64,000 nt of DNA from positions 2,881-66,880 of the IMG/VR virus record IMGVR_UViG_3300014720_000031; one strand, written 5' to 3'. Position numbers and translations under genes: made by a program. The notes beneath the pieces were generated by a model, which was not told where the DNA came from, ran no database searches, and was given only the letters and a program-made list of their open reading frames with translations. Numbering within the stretch: position 1 is the first letter of the stretch; each line of letters starts with the position of its first letter. This stretch comes from a virus. This document shows, piece after piece, positions 29,201-39,700 of this stretch.

Positions 29201-30439
29201 CCATTCTGAAGGGGGATAATTTAGACTTTGCTGCCAATTTATACCATCAGAAGAATATGTGGTTCCAGTACCTTTAGCATGGGCGACAAAATTATATCTA
29301 GTATAATCTCTAACTATTTGAATCCAATTTCCTTCAAAAGGAAACTGTCTTATTGTATACGTTATAAACTCATTTTCAGAAGTAATATATTCATTTGTAT
29401 ATAATTCTCCATTTGATATTTTATGAGAGAATATCGCTATATATAATGGGGGCTGGCCGCCTCTCGTAATCCAATTTGACCCAGTATATCTAGAAGATGG
29501 CACCGAGCGAGCATAAAATTCATTTTCATTAGAGTCAAAAACATAAATATAATTTGAGTTTACTCCTCCTCCAGCTGTAATTATAAAACTTCCTCCAGAG
29601 CCAGCGCTAATAGAAGTAGGAACAAGTCCTTGCGAAATTTTTGAGGCTTCATCTTGCGGGATTGGGATATTAAATGATGCCCAATTAACTCTATCAGAAG
29701 TAATATATAATTTCCAATCTTTTGCTAAAATTGCCCATTTATAATTTCCTTGAGAATAAGCAGAGTCTATTGCAGTATTTTCTGGTATTGGTTGTATTGG
29801 CTCTGGAGTAGTGGTTGTTGTTGTTGTTGTTGTCGAAGTAGTGCTTGTAGTAGTAGTTGTTAATTCAGTGCATGGGTTGAAAGAAAAAGAATTTAACGAC
29901 GGACAACTATTAAAAATAATTTGCTCAGTGCTTGCTTTATAAATTTTTATCCAATTTAAATAATTATCGCACTCTCCTAAACCATAGCCTCGATCTTGAT
30001 TTCCTGGGATTGCACAAGAAATTTCTAGATTAATAAGTCCGCCTATTGAATTACTAGATATTTCGCTGATTTGTTGTTCTGTTAAAATAAATTGAGCAGT
30101 TCTATCTGCCCCGTCATCTGCATTATTTAAATTTGCTACGCCTAGATTTATTCCATTTGCTTGTACAAAAAATTCTGCTGCATTTGATGCCGTTGCAGTT
30201 GGACATGGTCCAAAGATATTTGAACGTTTTACTTCTATTATTAAATCTACAAAACATGGATTAGGACTTGTTGTTGTAGAGCTAGTCGTTGTTGTGGTAG
30301 TACTTGTAGTAGTAGTGGTAGTAGTCGTAGTAGTTTCTGGAGGAATAGTATCGCAACATATTAAGAAATTATTTCCATTAATATCAACAGTTCCTGGAGG
30401 TAATGATATTTGGGTACTTGGTCCGTTAATACATGACAT
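26255..30439 (-). CDS. modular mucin-like virion/adhesion protein with six poly-Thr linkers and a C-terminal ConA/LamG-like domain
   Basis: Probable start ATG 30439, because a GTGTAA motif lies within the annotated 5' extension. Three copies of a 'G.C...Y...D..W...C...R' module; C-terminal 'LVYWL...FDG...GNLAEVLIYNKELS'. Confidence 0.75.
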   Translation of the reverse strand: MSCINGPSTQISLPPGTVDINGNNFLICCDTIPPETTTTTTTTTTSTTTTTTSSTTTSPNPCFVDLIIEVKRSNIFGPCPTATASNAAEFFVQANGINLGVANLNNADDGADRTAQFILTEQQISEISSNSIGGLINLEISCAIPGNQDRGYGLGECDNYLNWIKIYKASTEQIIFNSCPSLNSFSFNPCTELTTTTTSTTSTTTTTTTTTPEPIQPIPENTAIDSAYSQGNYKWAILAKDWKLYITSDRVNWASFNIPIPQDEASKISQGLVPTSISAGSGGSFIITAGGGVNSNYIYVFDSNENEFYARSVPSSRYTGSNWITRGGQPPLYIAIFSHKISNGELYTNEYITSENEFITYTIRQFPFEGNWIQIVRDYTRYNFVAHAKGTGTTYSSDGINWQQSLNYPPSEWENNVGETEMRLFNDTPTINAFGNNNGKFYFSGFGENWASAGFELDYELTEVAWTNFDINPGGGTWVIAVKKSRTNDLKTNVFLISKTNFVPLPSYNLPNYSIATLPYLDNWISVTAEYLGSKILFVGQKYIYFYDLTSSTTTTTTTTTTTTTTTTTTTTPFPLLPDGTCGNNYYEVDNPNWVSGGCLDGRRIFIGSDLGNLRFNWGAENNINLNFYVYLGNRLVVALGTESSGYYGNVLFERIAGDPEYATVYVLIDSTIDCSINAWYFYSIFCERFTTTTTTTTTTTTTTTTTTTTTTTTTTPPPVPVTEGECDVIYNETNDLDWVSYGCQHKRNISLDGDSQGLASLAFYSEGYQISGYVNYNNILYPFGPTSTSASVGFVKTSEANNALVYIKVQNSDDCAPFVYYNYQLSCPALVAWELDGRNGDENLVTGIGSNHITALDLQRGPGLLAASGSNSFCSKAWSQDTNDYVSFGFNIENGYEATLKRILVGNRSSNKGPKNLGLYSSLNNFEGGPLYEWSLNSDNFSNENIELSWGGLMGQIQFRIKTTSNTSVDNTNITSDGTYRLSNYYNNENNSKAFKIIGTVGPTSTTTTTTSTTTTTTTTTSTTPVSALAGNCAITYYDYNDSNWTINNTCIHTRYVDTNALGTFDFTFTVDNSDEILVFSLYDYAGTNLIFNSGPIGFNGGGTVSNLNNLNNSIVKVIVTTQSQLCQGTSPIYTYYLSCATPAATTSTTTTSTTTTSTTTTTPLPGFNILNNLVYWLKPENPFVDSSNAQNSPEIFGASFSQASNHLINGYGSVIFDGSNFIDLPAILSTGSTTGATAFAVARTVSDYLNKQLGSVFGDFGNNIDGGSHYAWEDGQIYDGFAYTYRDYFAAPNAITGWHILTTMSSNQNRYIAINNTGFISFYPDFLAPSYSSSTYTNSFPNGGPFLGVQNWGGQYYWQGNLAEVLIYNKELSPSQISAVNTYLANKYAITI

Positions 30440-30449
30440 ATAAGGTAAA

Positions 30450-30455
30450 TTACAC
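30450..30455 (-). promoter_or_regulatory. GTGTAA putative late-promoter motif
   Basis: 10 nt upstream of ATG 30439. Confidence 0.55.
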
Positions 30456-30505
30456 AACTATTCTTTTTTTTTAGAATAATCTTAAACTTATATATATTAT
30501 AATAT

Positions 30506-30922
30506 ATGCTAAATATAGACAAAACTTATCAATATTTCTCTAAGGTATTCTTAGAATTAATTAATATTCAACAATTTAAGACTGAATTTCAAGCTTTGGC
30601 ACCTGAGATATACGCAGATATAGAATCATTTTCTCATAATCAGAATTGTTCTTGCAAATTTAAAATAGAGAATTATGTTAATATGTATAGAGATAAGTGC
30701 TCTACATTTTTAAATGATTTTATATCTAATCATAATATAGATGTAGATTTAAATAAAATAGAAACAAAATATAAAATTGTTAATATGTCTGGTGCAATAG
30801 AAAGAGTAAAAAAAGTAGATTGGCAAAATTTTAGAGATAGACTAATAAGAGAAAGGGCCATGTACAAGGCTTTTTCTGTGGTTCAAATAGACGATAATAC
30901 AATTGACGTATATTTTCTATGA
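30506..30922 (+). CDS. hypothetical protein (CxC motif)
   Basis: 138-aa ORF coupled to the next gene (ATGA overlap). Confidence 0.6.
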   Translation: MLNIDKTYQYFSKVFLELINIQQFKTEFQALAPEIYADIESFSHNQNCSCKFKIENYVNMYRDKCSTFLNDFISNHNIDVDLNKIETKYKIVNMSGAIERVKKVDWQNFRDRLIRERAMYKAFSVVQIDDNTIDVYFL

Positions 30923-31206
30923 TATTTTTTGAATTCTTATTATACTTAATTTTAAGTTTAAGCGTTTCATTCATGTGGAGTTTTGCAGACATATTCTTGC
31001 CTTTAAGAAACATAATAGCTAGAATACCATATATCAGAAGGCCAATGCTATGTCCCGAATGTAGTAGTTTTTGGATGGGATTTTTTGTGTCTTTTATTTA
31101 CAATCCATTAAAATATGACTTACAGTTATTTTCATTCTTTTTTTGTGGATTAGCCACGCATCTTTTCGCGGCTTTTTTATATAAAATTTATTTTAAAATA
31201 AAATAG
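30919..31206 (+). CDS. small membrane protein, DUF1360-like
   Basis: Hydrophobic helices around 'LCPECSSFW'. Confidence 0.55.
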   Translation: MIFFEFLLYLILSLSVSFMWSFADIFLPLRNIIARIPYIRRPMLCPECSSFWMGFFVSFIYNPLKYDLQLFSFFFCGLATHLFAAFLYKIYFKIK

Positions 31207-32760
31207 TTATAGATAATTAACTAAAACTGGAAAGCTTTTTGGGTTTTCATAAGATGTATCAGATGTAAAAATATATATATCTCCAGAATACAATCCAGCA
31301 CTAATCTGACCAGTATCTTTAATAGAAAATAATATATCGCTTTGAAATGCTCCTGAACTTGATTGATAATTTATATAATTATTTGAAGGAAGTGATCCAG
31401 AAATTCCTGTCCTAAACTGTACCATCCCATTTTTCGTATTCATTTTTATCATGCTAGAATCAAATAATTGATTTCTAGTATTTGCATTCCAATACATTTT
31501 TGATTCTAAGCATGGTTTAAAAAATCCGCTAGATATCTTATCTAAAGATTTTGCTCCAGAAACTCCTGTGCCAGTGTTGTAGACTGTTAATCCTAAATTT
31601 AATTTTGGATATTTATTGTTAGATAATTTACTTATTTGTATTGGTGTTCCAATAGGATAAGTTTCAAAAGCATTAATATTTTCATGAAAATCTCCTGTAT
31701 ATTTAAAATAAAAATTATCAAAATACGCTCTTGATCCATGATCGTTTATCTTGTAGTAAATTGGTATATTAAACCCAGTAGTATTATATATTGTATCTGG
31801 TTTGTATATACCGCTAAATTGAATATACCCAGTATACTCGTGGTTTAAATTTAAACCAATTGTAGATATCTTATAAGATATGGTCCTTTTATTTTGAAGT
31901 CTTTTTCTTTTAGTTTCTCTATTTATAATTCCTCCTCTGACATGCCATGCCTTTGGAGACATTCTACTTATTGTAATTCTTGGATCTAATCCAGTAAAAA
32001 TATATCTAAGCGTATGATTACCAGAATTAGATATATTAAATGTTCCATATAAAAATTCACCAGATATTCCCGAGTGTCGAATAAAAAAGTTTTCATTATT
32101 TCCGGTGATATTTAAATAATTTTCTGTATTAACTGCTGAACCAATAGATACGTAAGCTTTCTTTTGAGTCTCAGTACTCTCTTGAAAATTAAATTCTCCA
32201 GTAGATAGAAAGAATTGATATCTTACTGTACCAGGACCAGTTTTTTGATTTTTAATTTTGTAACCAAAAGCATTATTAAATGGAACAATTCCGCTATCAC
32301 TAAAATGAGAAACCATAACGCAATCTATTGTTTTTCCTAAAAGATCTTGTAGCGTAGTTCCAGTTCCTTCAATATATATTTCATTATATCCAATTGGCGC
32401 ACCAGAAAGAGTATATTTATAACCATATTTTTTAGATAGTGTTTCATCAAATCCGGCGCCAATAAGATCACCACTTGTAGCAAAAAATTGTTCTCCTGAC
32501 CCACTTAGTTTTTGTGTTCCTGAATGAAGTATAAGATCAAAAATATTTTGATATGGGAATGTTATTTCTGACTCATCTCTTTTGGGTTCCCAGTATCCAA
32601 GAACAGTATTTACTAATTTCTTATTATTATTTAAACATTTAAAATTTTTAAGCTGAGTATAATATCCAGAATATGGAAGAATTCCGCTTGACCAAAATGG
32701 ATTTGATTTAGTAGAGAATGTTTCTAAAACCTCTATATTTAATATATCACCAGATGCCAT
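31207..32760 (-). CDS. putative virion structural protein, SG/TG-rich
   Basis: 517 aa beta-rich; about 30 S/T-G dipeptides; GTGTAA motif 7 nt before the ATG. Confidence 0.6.
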   Translation of the reverse strand: MASGDILNIEVLETFSTKSNPFWSSGILPYSGYYTQLKNFKCLNNNKKLVNTVLGYWEPKRDESEITFPYQNIFDLILHSGTQKLSGSGEQFFATSGDLIGAGFDETLSKKYGYKYTLSGAPIGYNEIYIEGTGTTLQDLLGKTIDCVMVSHFSDSGIVPFNNAFGYKIKNQKTGPGTVRYQFFLSTGEFNFQESTETQKKAYVSIGSAVNTENYLNITGNNENFFIRHSGISGEFLYGTFNISNSGNHTLRYIFTGLDPRITISRMSPKAWHVRGGIINRETKRKRLQNKRTISYKISTIGLNLNHEYTGYIQFSGIYKPDTIYNTTGFNIPIYYKINDHGSRAYFDNFYFKYTGDFHENINAFETYPIGTPIQISKLSNNKYPKLNLGLTVYNTGTGVSGAKSLDKISSGFFKPCLESKMYWNANTRNQLFDSSMIKMNTKNGMVQFRTGISGSLPSNNYINYQSSSGAFQSDILFSIKDTGQISAGLYSGDIYIFTSDTSYENPKSFPVLVNYL

Positions 32761-32767
32761 AAAAATA

Positions 32768-32773
32768 TTACAC
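32768..32773 (-). promoter_or_regulatory. GTGTAA putative late-promoter motif
   Basis: AGTGTAATATTTTT-ATG. Confidence 0.6.
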
Positions 32774-32780
32774 TCCTATA

Positions 32781-34079
32781 TTAACCATCTATAGTAAGTC
32801 TAATCCTCTTTGCTTTTGTACATTTTGGAGTAGTGGTTGTTGTTGTTGTTGTTGTCGAAGTAGTGCTAGTTGTTGTTGTCGAAGTAGTGCTAGTTGTTGT
32901 TGTAGTCCGAGGAGTAGTAGTTGAAGTTGTTGTTGTTGTTGTTGTTGTTGAAGCAGGAGGTGGTATTGTAGTTGTTGAAGTCGTAGTTGTTGTTGGAGGT
33001 GGTATTGTAGTTGTTGAAGTAGGAGTAGTTGTTCTAGTTGTTGTTGTCGTAGTAGTTGAAGTTGTTGTTGTTGTTGTTGTTGAAACAGGAGGTGGAAGTG
33101 GAGGCGGAGTTGTAGTTGAAGTTGTCGTTGATGTTGTTGTTGGAGGTGGTGTTGTAGTTGTTGAAGTAGGAGTAGTTGTAGTTAAAATTATTGGTGGATA
33201 TACATAAGGAGCAAGTGGGGGTTGTGGAGATGGTACTCTTGGAATATTTGGCCCGCATAAAAAACTTCCTATATTATCATAAAGAAACGCTTGATATCTT
33301 AAGTTAACTAAAGAAGATCCATCAACAGAGGCTTGGTACGTTTCTCCAAGAAATATAGCTTCTTTAATGCAAAATCTTATAAGTTGTTCATTTGGATTTT
33401 TAAATTTATTAAATATAATATTAAATTCGTCTACTTTGAATTTGCATATTGCATCTCTTACGTTTTTAACTTGATAATCATTTAATTTTATACTAAACTC
33501 TATATCAACAACTAAAGGTGGTATAATTTTTATGTCTATTGGATAAGAACTTCCTATTTTATAGATTATATTTTTTTCAGAAGATATGTTTATGCTGAAA
33601 TTCTGCAATCTATTAAAGGAAAAATCATCAAGAGATATATCTATATTTGAATAATCTGTTAAGTCTATTTGAGGTTGAATTAATGAATTTTGAGATGCCT
33701 TTGCTATTCCACTACCAAAATCACCAAGCGCATCAATTTGAACATTTAGTTGAGGTATTTGCCCAATTTGACAAGATAAGTTATAACTCGAAACCACGCC
33801 AGAATTAAAAGCAAAATATTTATCTTTATATTGAACATGTCCATTAAAAGTATAATCATAATCCATCAAGTAAATAAATGGATCATTGTCAATAAATAAT
33901 TTATTTATGGATATTTGACTTATTATATTATTATTATTTTGATATGTAACTGAGTCCATTCCAAGGCTTTTGACGATTTCTACTGGAACTTCATAAGAGG
34001 CTTCGAAGTTTTGAATACCTACAATACCAGTATTGTTTATATATAATTTTTGATTTTGTTTTACAATTCTAGAACTCAT
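32781..34079 (-). CDS. tail-tube-like paralog with a C-terminal Thr/Pro mucin-like extension
   Basis: 'SSYNLSCQIGQIP' vs tube 'SSYSFEAAVGSFP'; 'LQNFSINI...IYKIG...PLVV' vs 'PQNVSISF...LQKLG...PLTA'; followed by ~120 aa of T/P/S. Confidence 0.65.
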   Translation of the reverse strand: MSSRIVKQNQKLYINNTGIVGIQNFEASYEVPVEIVKSLGMDSVTYQNNNNIISQISINKLFIDNDPFIYLMDYDYTFNGHVQYKDKYFAFNSGVVSSYNLSCQIGQIPQLNVQIDALGDFGSGIAKASQNSLIQPQIDLTDYSNIDISLDDFSFNRLQNFSINISSEKNIIYKIGSSYPIDIKIIPPLVVDIEFSIKLNDYQVKNVRDAICKFKVDEFNIIFNKFKNPNEQLIRFCIKEAIFLGETYQASVDGSSLVNLRYQAFLYDNIGSFLCGPNIPRVPSPQPPLAPYVYPPIILTTTTPTSTTTTPPPTTTSTTTSTTTPPPLPPPVSTTTTTTTSTTTTTTTRTTTPTSTTTIPPPTTTTTSTTTIPPPASTTTTTTTTSTTTPRTTTTTSTTSTTTTSTTSTTTTTTTTTPKCTKAKRIRLTIDG

Positions 34080-34124
34080 GTCAATTATATTTTATAAGAA
34101 AATAGATTATATTTCAAAATTAAA

Positions 34125-34355
34125 TTAGGGCCCATTATTAATTATAATAGGATTTGACCCTTGTGATGCTAGCGGTGATGGCGTAGTAGTTGTTGTGGTA
34201 GTTGTTGTTGGAATAGGTATTACGCCGGGAGTCGTTTGTGGGGCAGGTGTTGTTGTAGATAAAGGTAGTGATTGATAAATTGGTATATCTAGACTATTTA
34301 TTATAGTTAAATTTTCTGCTTCTACACAATATTCATTATTCTCTGCAGGATGCAT
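34125..34355 (-). CDS. small Thr/Pro-rich protein
   Basis: 76 aa with a poly-Thr run; own GTGTAA motif 10 nt upstream. Confidence 0.55.
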   Translation of the reverse strand: MHPAENNEYCVEAENLTIINSLDIPIYQSLPLSTTTPAPQTTPGVIPIPTTTTTTTTTPSPLASQGSNPIIINNGP

Positions 34356-34365
34356 TATTAATAAG

Positions 34366-34416
34366 TTACACTATAAATAACTTGTGTAATATTACTATAC
34401 AAGGTAAAAGGTTAAA
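34366..34416. promoter_or_regulatory. back-to-back divergent GTGTAA motifs
   Basis: TTACAC at 34366-34371 (minus) and GTGTAA at 34384-34389 (plus), followed by the AAGGTAAAAGGTT leader. Confidence 0.6.
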
Positions 34417-34418
34417 AT

Positions 34419-34961
34419 ATGAGTGATTTATCGTTATATAATGTACCTGCTTATAATCCCTCTTCAACGTATTATAAAAATGATGTTATATTATTAGGAA
34501 ATATTTACTATTACAGTCTACTTGATAACAATACGTCGAATACTCCATCAGTAAACTCTGTGGCTTGGGGTGGTTATAGATCTTATGGATCATTAGTAAA
34601 ACCTGATTTTTTTTGGGCAGCAAGTTATGCTAATACAGACTTAAGATTAAAACCCAATATAGAGGTTATAAAATTTGGAGATGGATATGAGCAGAGAATG
34701 GAGAACGGAATAAATAGTAATGCTTTAAAATTCAATTTAAATTTTGAAGGTAGAGATAAGGCTGAAACGCGTGCGATAGCACATTTTCTGCATAAAAGAA
34801 AATCAAAGCAAGGATTTTTTTATAATCCTCCATTTCCATATAATTTCGATGCTTCTCAGGCTTATCCTAAAAGATTTGTATGCGAAGAGTGGACAATAAC
34901 TTATAATTTTTATAATAACTACAGCGTTAGTGCTGTATTTTTAGAGACAGCTAATTTATGA
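34419..34961 (+). CDS. lambda gpM-like minor (distal) tail protein
   Basis: 'FGDGYEQR...GIN' and 'F.C..W' motifs; extra N-terminal 'YNP..TY...D.I' module. Confidence 0.8.
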   Translation: MSDLSLYNVPAYNPSSTYYKNDVILLGNIYYYSLLDNNTSNTPSVNSVAWGGYRSYGSLVKPDFFWAASYANTDLRLKPNIEVIKFGDGYEQRMENGINSNALKFNLNFEGRDKAETRAIAHFLHKRKSKQGFFYNPPFPYNFDASQAYPKRFVCEEWTITYNFYNNYSVSAVFLETANL

Positions 34962-36031
34962 GTGTAAACCCAAATTTAGCCGCAGGATCAAAAAAAATAT
35001 TTTCTGAGTCAAGTAAATTAGAACCATCTACATTAATTAATCTATTCGAATTAGACTTTACTCAATTTGGTATTAATAGAGATAACTATGCTTTATCACA
35101 AATAACATTTGCTAATATACCTCCTCCTTATGCTGGATTGTCAAATGTTGATACAAATGGAATTTTAAGATTTCATAATTTAAATATAAATTTAGAAAAT
35201 ATTAGCACAAACCTTATAAATCCAGAATTATATGGACAGATTATTTGGAAAGGTAAAAGATACATACCATTTCCAATAACTATGGAAGGTTTTGAAATTG
35301 CATCTCGTGGTACATTGCCAAAACCTAGATTATTATTTAGTAACCATGCTCAGATTGATTCTTATAATACATTTTTTACTATTATTAAAAATTCAATTAG
35401 AAGCATAGGAGATTTAATTGGACTAAATGTAACTAGAAGAAGAACTTTCATAAAATATTTAGATGCTGTTAATTTTAAAAGCTCTGGAGGGATTATTAAT
35501 AATGATGACTTTCAAATAGATCCAGATCCAAATGCAGAACTAGCTCCAGATATTTATTATATTGATAGAAAATTAAGGGAAAATAGAACTGTTTTAGAAT
35601 ATGAACTTAGTTCTATTTTAGATTTAGAAAATATAAGATTGCCCTTAAGAACGCTTTACAGTGAATCCTGCTCTTTTGATTACAGAGGAGAAGGTTGTGG
35701 ATATGGCTTGGGAATATATGGCAACCAATTAAATCAAGGAAATCCAATAGCTAATGATAAAGATCAATTAATCACTTCTTTAATAAATAGCTCTTTAGTA
35801 AATCGCGGAGCATGGCAACAAAATACAACATATACTGCGGGAAATTATGTTTTTGTTAATATTGATGGAATTAAGAATTTTTTTGTAGCAAAAGCAACTA
35901 CAACAACTTCTCCATTTGATACCAATTATTGGGTTGCAGACCAATGCTCAAAAAGACTATCTGGATGTAGAAAAAGATTTGGTTCTCCATTACCATTCGG
36001 TGGATTTCCAGCAACAAATAAGGATTTATAA
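34958..36031 (+). CDS. lambda gpL-like tail tip protein
   Basis: 'LFELD', 'G.LPKP', 'C..DYRGEGCGY' and 'DQCSKRLSGCRKRF...LPFGGFP' (four conserved Cys). Confidence 0.85.
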   Translation: MSVNPNLAAGSKKIFSESSKLEPSTLINLFELDFTQFGINRDNYALSQITFANIPPPYAGLSNVDTNGILRFHNLNINLENISTNLINPELYGQIIWKGKRYIPFPITMEGFEIASRGTLPKPRLLFSNHAQIDSYNTFFTIIKNSIRSIGDLIGLNVTRRRTFIKYLDAVNFKSSGGIINNDDFQIDPDPNAELAPDIYYIDRKLRENRTVLEYELSSILDLENIRLPLRTLYSESCSFDYRGEGCGYGLGIYGNQLNQGNPIANDKDQLITSLINSSLVNRGAWQQNTTYTAGNYVFVNIDGIKNFFVAKATTTTSPFDTNYWVADQCSKRLSGCRKRFGSPLPFGGFPATNKDL

Positions 36032-36032
36032 T

Positions 36033-36734
36033 ATGGTTGATATAGAGCTACACGGAATCTTAGCTGAAAAAATTAAAAAAAGCAAATGGAGCTTGGATGT
36101 AAAAAGTGTGAGCGAAGCAATTCGAGCAATAGAAATCAATTCTTCTTCATTGTATAAAACTTTATACGAATTAGATAAAGAAAATATTAAATACCGAGTT
36201 CTAATTAATAAAAAAGATTTTAAAGTTTTTAAGAATGAAAATGAAATAAGAAATGACTTTGATAAGGTTTTAAATTCAAATTTATTTACAAATTTTAATG
36301 AAGAAGATTTACATAGTATTGATATCGTCCCTGTATTAGAAGGTTCATTTGGAGGTGGTGGATTCTTCCAAATTATACCAATTATTCTTGGTGTAGCACT
36401 TATTTTTACAGGAGTTGGAATAGCGGCTTCAGCGGGAGCATTTGGACTTTTAGCGACAACGCTTGTCATTGCTGGAATAGGACTTGCTGCAGTTGGCTTT
36501 CTATCGCTACTATCTTCTCCTCCTCCGTTTATAGCTCCAGAATTTAATGCACCAGACGTAGCTGGACCAAAGGGTGGAGGAGGAAAATCATATTTATTTG
36601 ATGGTCCAGTTAATACTGCTGGAGAGGGTGGACCAATTCCAATTGGATATGGAAGATTAATTGTCGGATCGAAAACTATTAGCGCATCATACATTACTAC
36701 TCATGTTCCAGCTGGATCTCCAAGGACTACTTAA
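36033..36734 (+). CDS. lambda gpI-like tail assembly protein
   Basis: Probable start ATG 36033. 'IELHG.L', 'EAIRAI', 'IVPVLEGS', hydrophobic segment, 'SYLFDGPVNT..EG.PIPIGYGRL.VGS'. Confidence 0.85.
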   Translation: MVDIELHGILAEKIKKSKWSLDVKSVSEAIRAIEINSSSLYKTLYELDKENIKYRVLINKKDFKVFKNENEIRNDFDKVLNSNLFTNFNEEDLHSIDIVPVLEGSFGGGGFFQIIPIILGVALIFTGVGIAASAGAFGLLATTLVIAGIGLAAVGFLSLLSSPPPFIAPEFNAPDVAGPKGGGGKSYLFDGPVNTAGEGGPIPIGYGRLIVGSKTISASYITTHVPAGSPRTT

Positions 36735-39700
36735 TGAAAGAAAAAAATAAAAAATATTTTAAAATTTTAAAGGGTTCTGGAGGAGGAGGTGGGGGTCCAC
36801 CACCATGTTATCCCGCTCCACCACCAGATCCACACACGCCAAAAGAAGCTGAAGAAGGAATTATAAAAGATGGAAAGAAACTATCAAGAACTGAAACAGA
36901 AGTAACGGATTTAATATGCGAAGGCCCAATTGATGGTTTAGTAGAAGGATCATATAGATACGTTGGAAGAAATGGTAGAGTAGGATGGGATTCAGTTACT
37001 TTTACTCCTTATGAAGGTGGAGCAAGAAAATTTTTACGCTCTGTATATTGGAGGAACGTTCCTCTATTAGATGAAGGAGGAAATTTTAATTACAGTGACA
37101 TAAACTTTAGGTATGATAAAGGCGATCAAACTACAGCAACGAGCCTTGTAAGTGATCTAAGTGGTAATCCAACTCCTCAAGCTTCAAGAACATTATCTAT
37201 AGGAGATATACTAAGATATAACCCGCCTGGTACAGAAGATTTTGCAAAAAATTATGATTTTAAAAGTACAAATATTAGCTCTTTAATAATATCAATAAAA
37301 ATTGACGGATTATTCGATCAGCAGAATGATCCAAATAAAGATAGACAAACTTTTAATTTAGGCTGCGGACAATCGGTAAAAATTTCACAAACTTTGGGAG
37401 ATATAAGAGATCGATCAATAAGTTTTACTTTTCAAATTTATAAACTAACTACTACTGGAAATGTTTTAGTAAGAAATATCAGTGCTTCTTCCTCGGGTAA
37501 AATTACATCTGGTTTTATAGATACATGGGAAGTTAATTTAAGTGGTTACTTTCAACCAGACGAAGAAAATCATTTAGGATGGAGAGTAAAAATAAGAAGA
37601 ACATCAAAAGAAAGCACTACTCTTAATTTGAGAGATGCTTGCAGCGTACATGCTATAACAGAAATTTTTAGAGAACAATATATATATCCAAAAACAGCAA
37701 TTTTTAAAAGTCTATTTACAACTGAATATTTTGATGAAGTCCCACCAAGATCTTATGACGTAAAATTATTAAAAGTAAAAGTTCCTAGTAACTATGATCC
37801 TATTAAAAAAACTTATACAGGAGATTGGAATGGAACATTTAAATCTAATTTAGAATGGACAGATAATCCTGCTTGGTGTTATTATGATTTATTAACTAAT
37901 AAACGATATGGTTTAGGAAAATATATTAAAGATGCAAATGTCGATAAATGGAATCTATATAGAATTGCTCAGTATTGTGATACAATAATATCAGATGGAT
38001 ACGGAGGATTAGAACCAAGATTTACTTGCAATGCACTTATAAGTGATTTTGCAGATGCATTTAGCTTATTAAATGATATGGCTAGTATTTTTAGAGGGAT
38101 GTCGTACTATGCAAATGGCTCAATTTTTGCAATAGCAGATATACCAAATGAGCCAATAGTATTATTTACAAATGCAAATGTAGAAAATGGAGATTTTAAT
38201 TATTCTAGCAGTAGTAGAAAAGTAAGAAATACGGTTGCTGTCATTAGATATAATGACATGTCAAATTTTGCAAAACCTGTTGTAGAATATGTAGAAGATC
38301 CAGATGGAGTTAGAAAGCATGGAATTAGAAAATTAGAAATAACAGCTTTTGGTTGTACTAGTCAAGGTCAAGCATATCGTTTAGGAAGATGGGCTTTAGC
38401 TAGCGAACAGTTAGAGACAGAAACTGTAGATTTTACTGCTGGTCTAGAAGCTTTATATATAAAGCCTGGAGATATAATAAAAATTCAAGATCATAATCGT
38501 ATTTTACATAGACTAGCTGGCAGAATATTGAATATATCAATAGAAAATGGTCAACATACTTTTATTTTAGACGAAGAATTTTCAAAATTAAGTAGTTATT
38601 TCTCTAGTAACTATCCTGGAAATGCATATAAATTAGAAATTTTAACTCCAACTTTTAGAACTACTGGAAATATGTATTCTGACTTTGTTAGTAGCTATAA
38701 TAGAACAGAAATACAATCTGGTGTATTTAATTTATCAAACCTATCTCCAATTACAGGGTATGACCCAGATAGAGTATTAACAAAAATTAATACCAATAAA
38801 TTATTTGATACTAGCAATTATGTTTTACAGACAGGAACAATTTGGTCTATGCAAACTGCTGGAGGTAATTTTAATTTAAATGCTCAAACAGAATTATATA
38901 GAGTTATTGGTTTAAATGAAGTGGAGCCAAACAAATATAGCATAAACGCTATTGAGCATAATCCTAGTAAATATTTATTTGCTGAATCTGGTATTAGTTT
39001 TAGTGATGCGCCTATAACTAATCCAATCGAAAATACAATATTAGAAGCTAGTTATCCAATAAGTTTATCTTTTTCTACATTTAATAATTTATATTTAAGA
39101 TATACTATTAACAGAGCAACAACTACTACTAATTACTCTACTAAATTTTGGAAAGTATATGCAAAAGCTGGATCTAATTTTACAACAACTGAACTTAGTA
39201 GGCAATTAGTGAATCAACAAGGCGTAACAGTTTTTGTTCCAAATGATTCTTTTCTTGTAGCTACTATAAGCGTAAGTAATGCAAATCAAAGTATTACTGA
39301 AGAATTTGTCCCAAGAGTAAATAACACAACATATTATTTTAGAGTATATGGGCTAAATGATAATGGATTCTATTCAAGAACATTTGCTCAAGGAACATAT
39401 AGTTACAGTTCTCATTTACTAAATGATTTTACAAATTTAATAGAATTAAATAGCTTTTCATATTCTACGACAGAACAAAGAACATCAACGGCTGTAAATT
39501 TAAATGGTCCGAATCTTTTTCAAGGAAAATCTATTAATTATAGTTGGAGAATTAATAATTTAGCTTCTGCATTAAAAATTTGGACGTCGGATGATCTAGA
39601 ATATAGGTTAAGATTTGGAACAGGAACTTTTAATCAAAATACTGCTATTAGTAATACTTTAGGAATAAAAACTTTTAGTCAAAATGGTACTGAGTTTGAA

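Noticed and set aside
32833-33258. Val-rich and Asn-rich ORFs
   Set aside because: Shadows of the poly-Thr tail of 32781-34079.
36026-36694. 222-aa minus-strand ORF and other small antisense ORFs inside long genes
   Set aside because: Fully overlap well-supported genes on the opposite strand.
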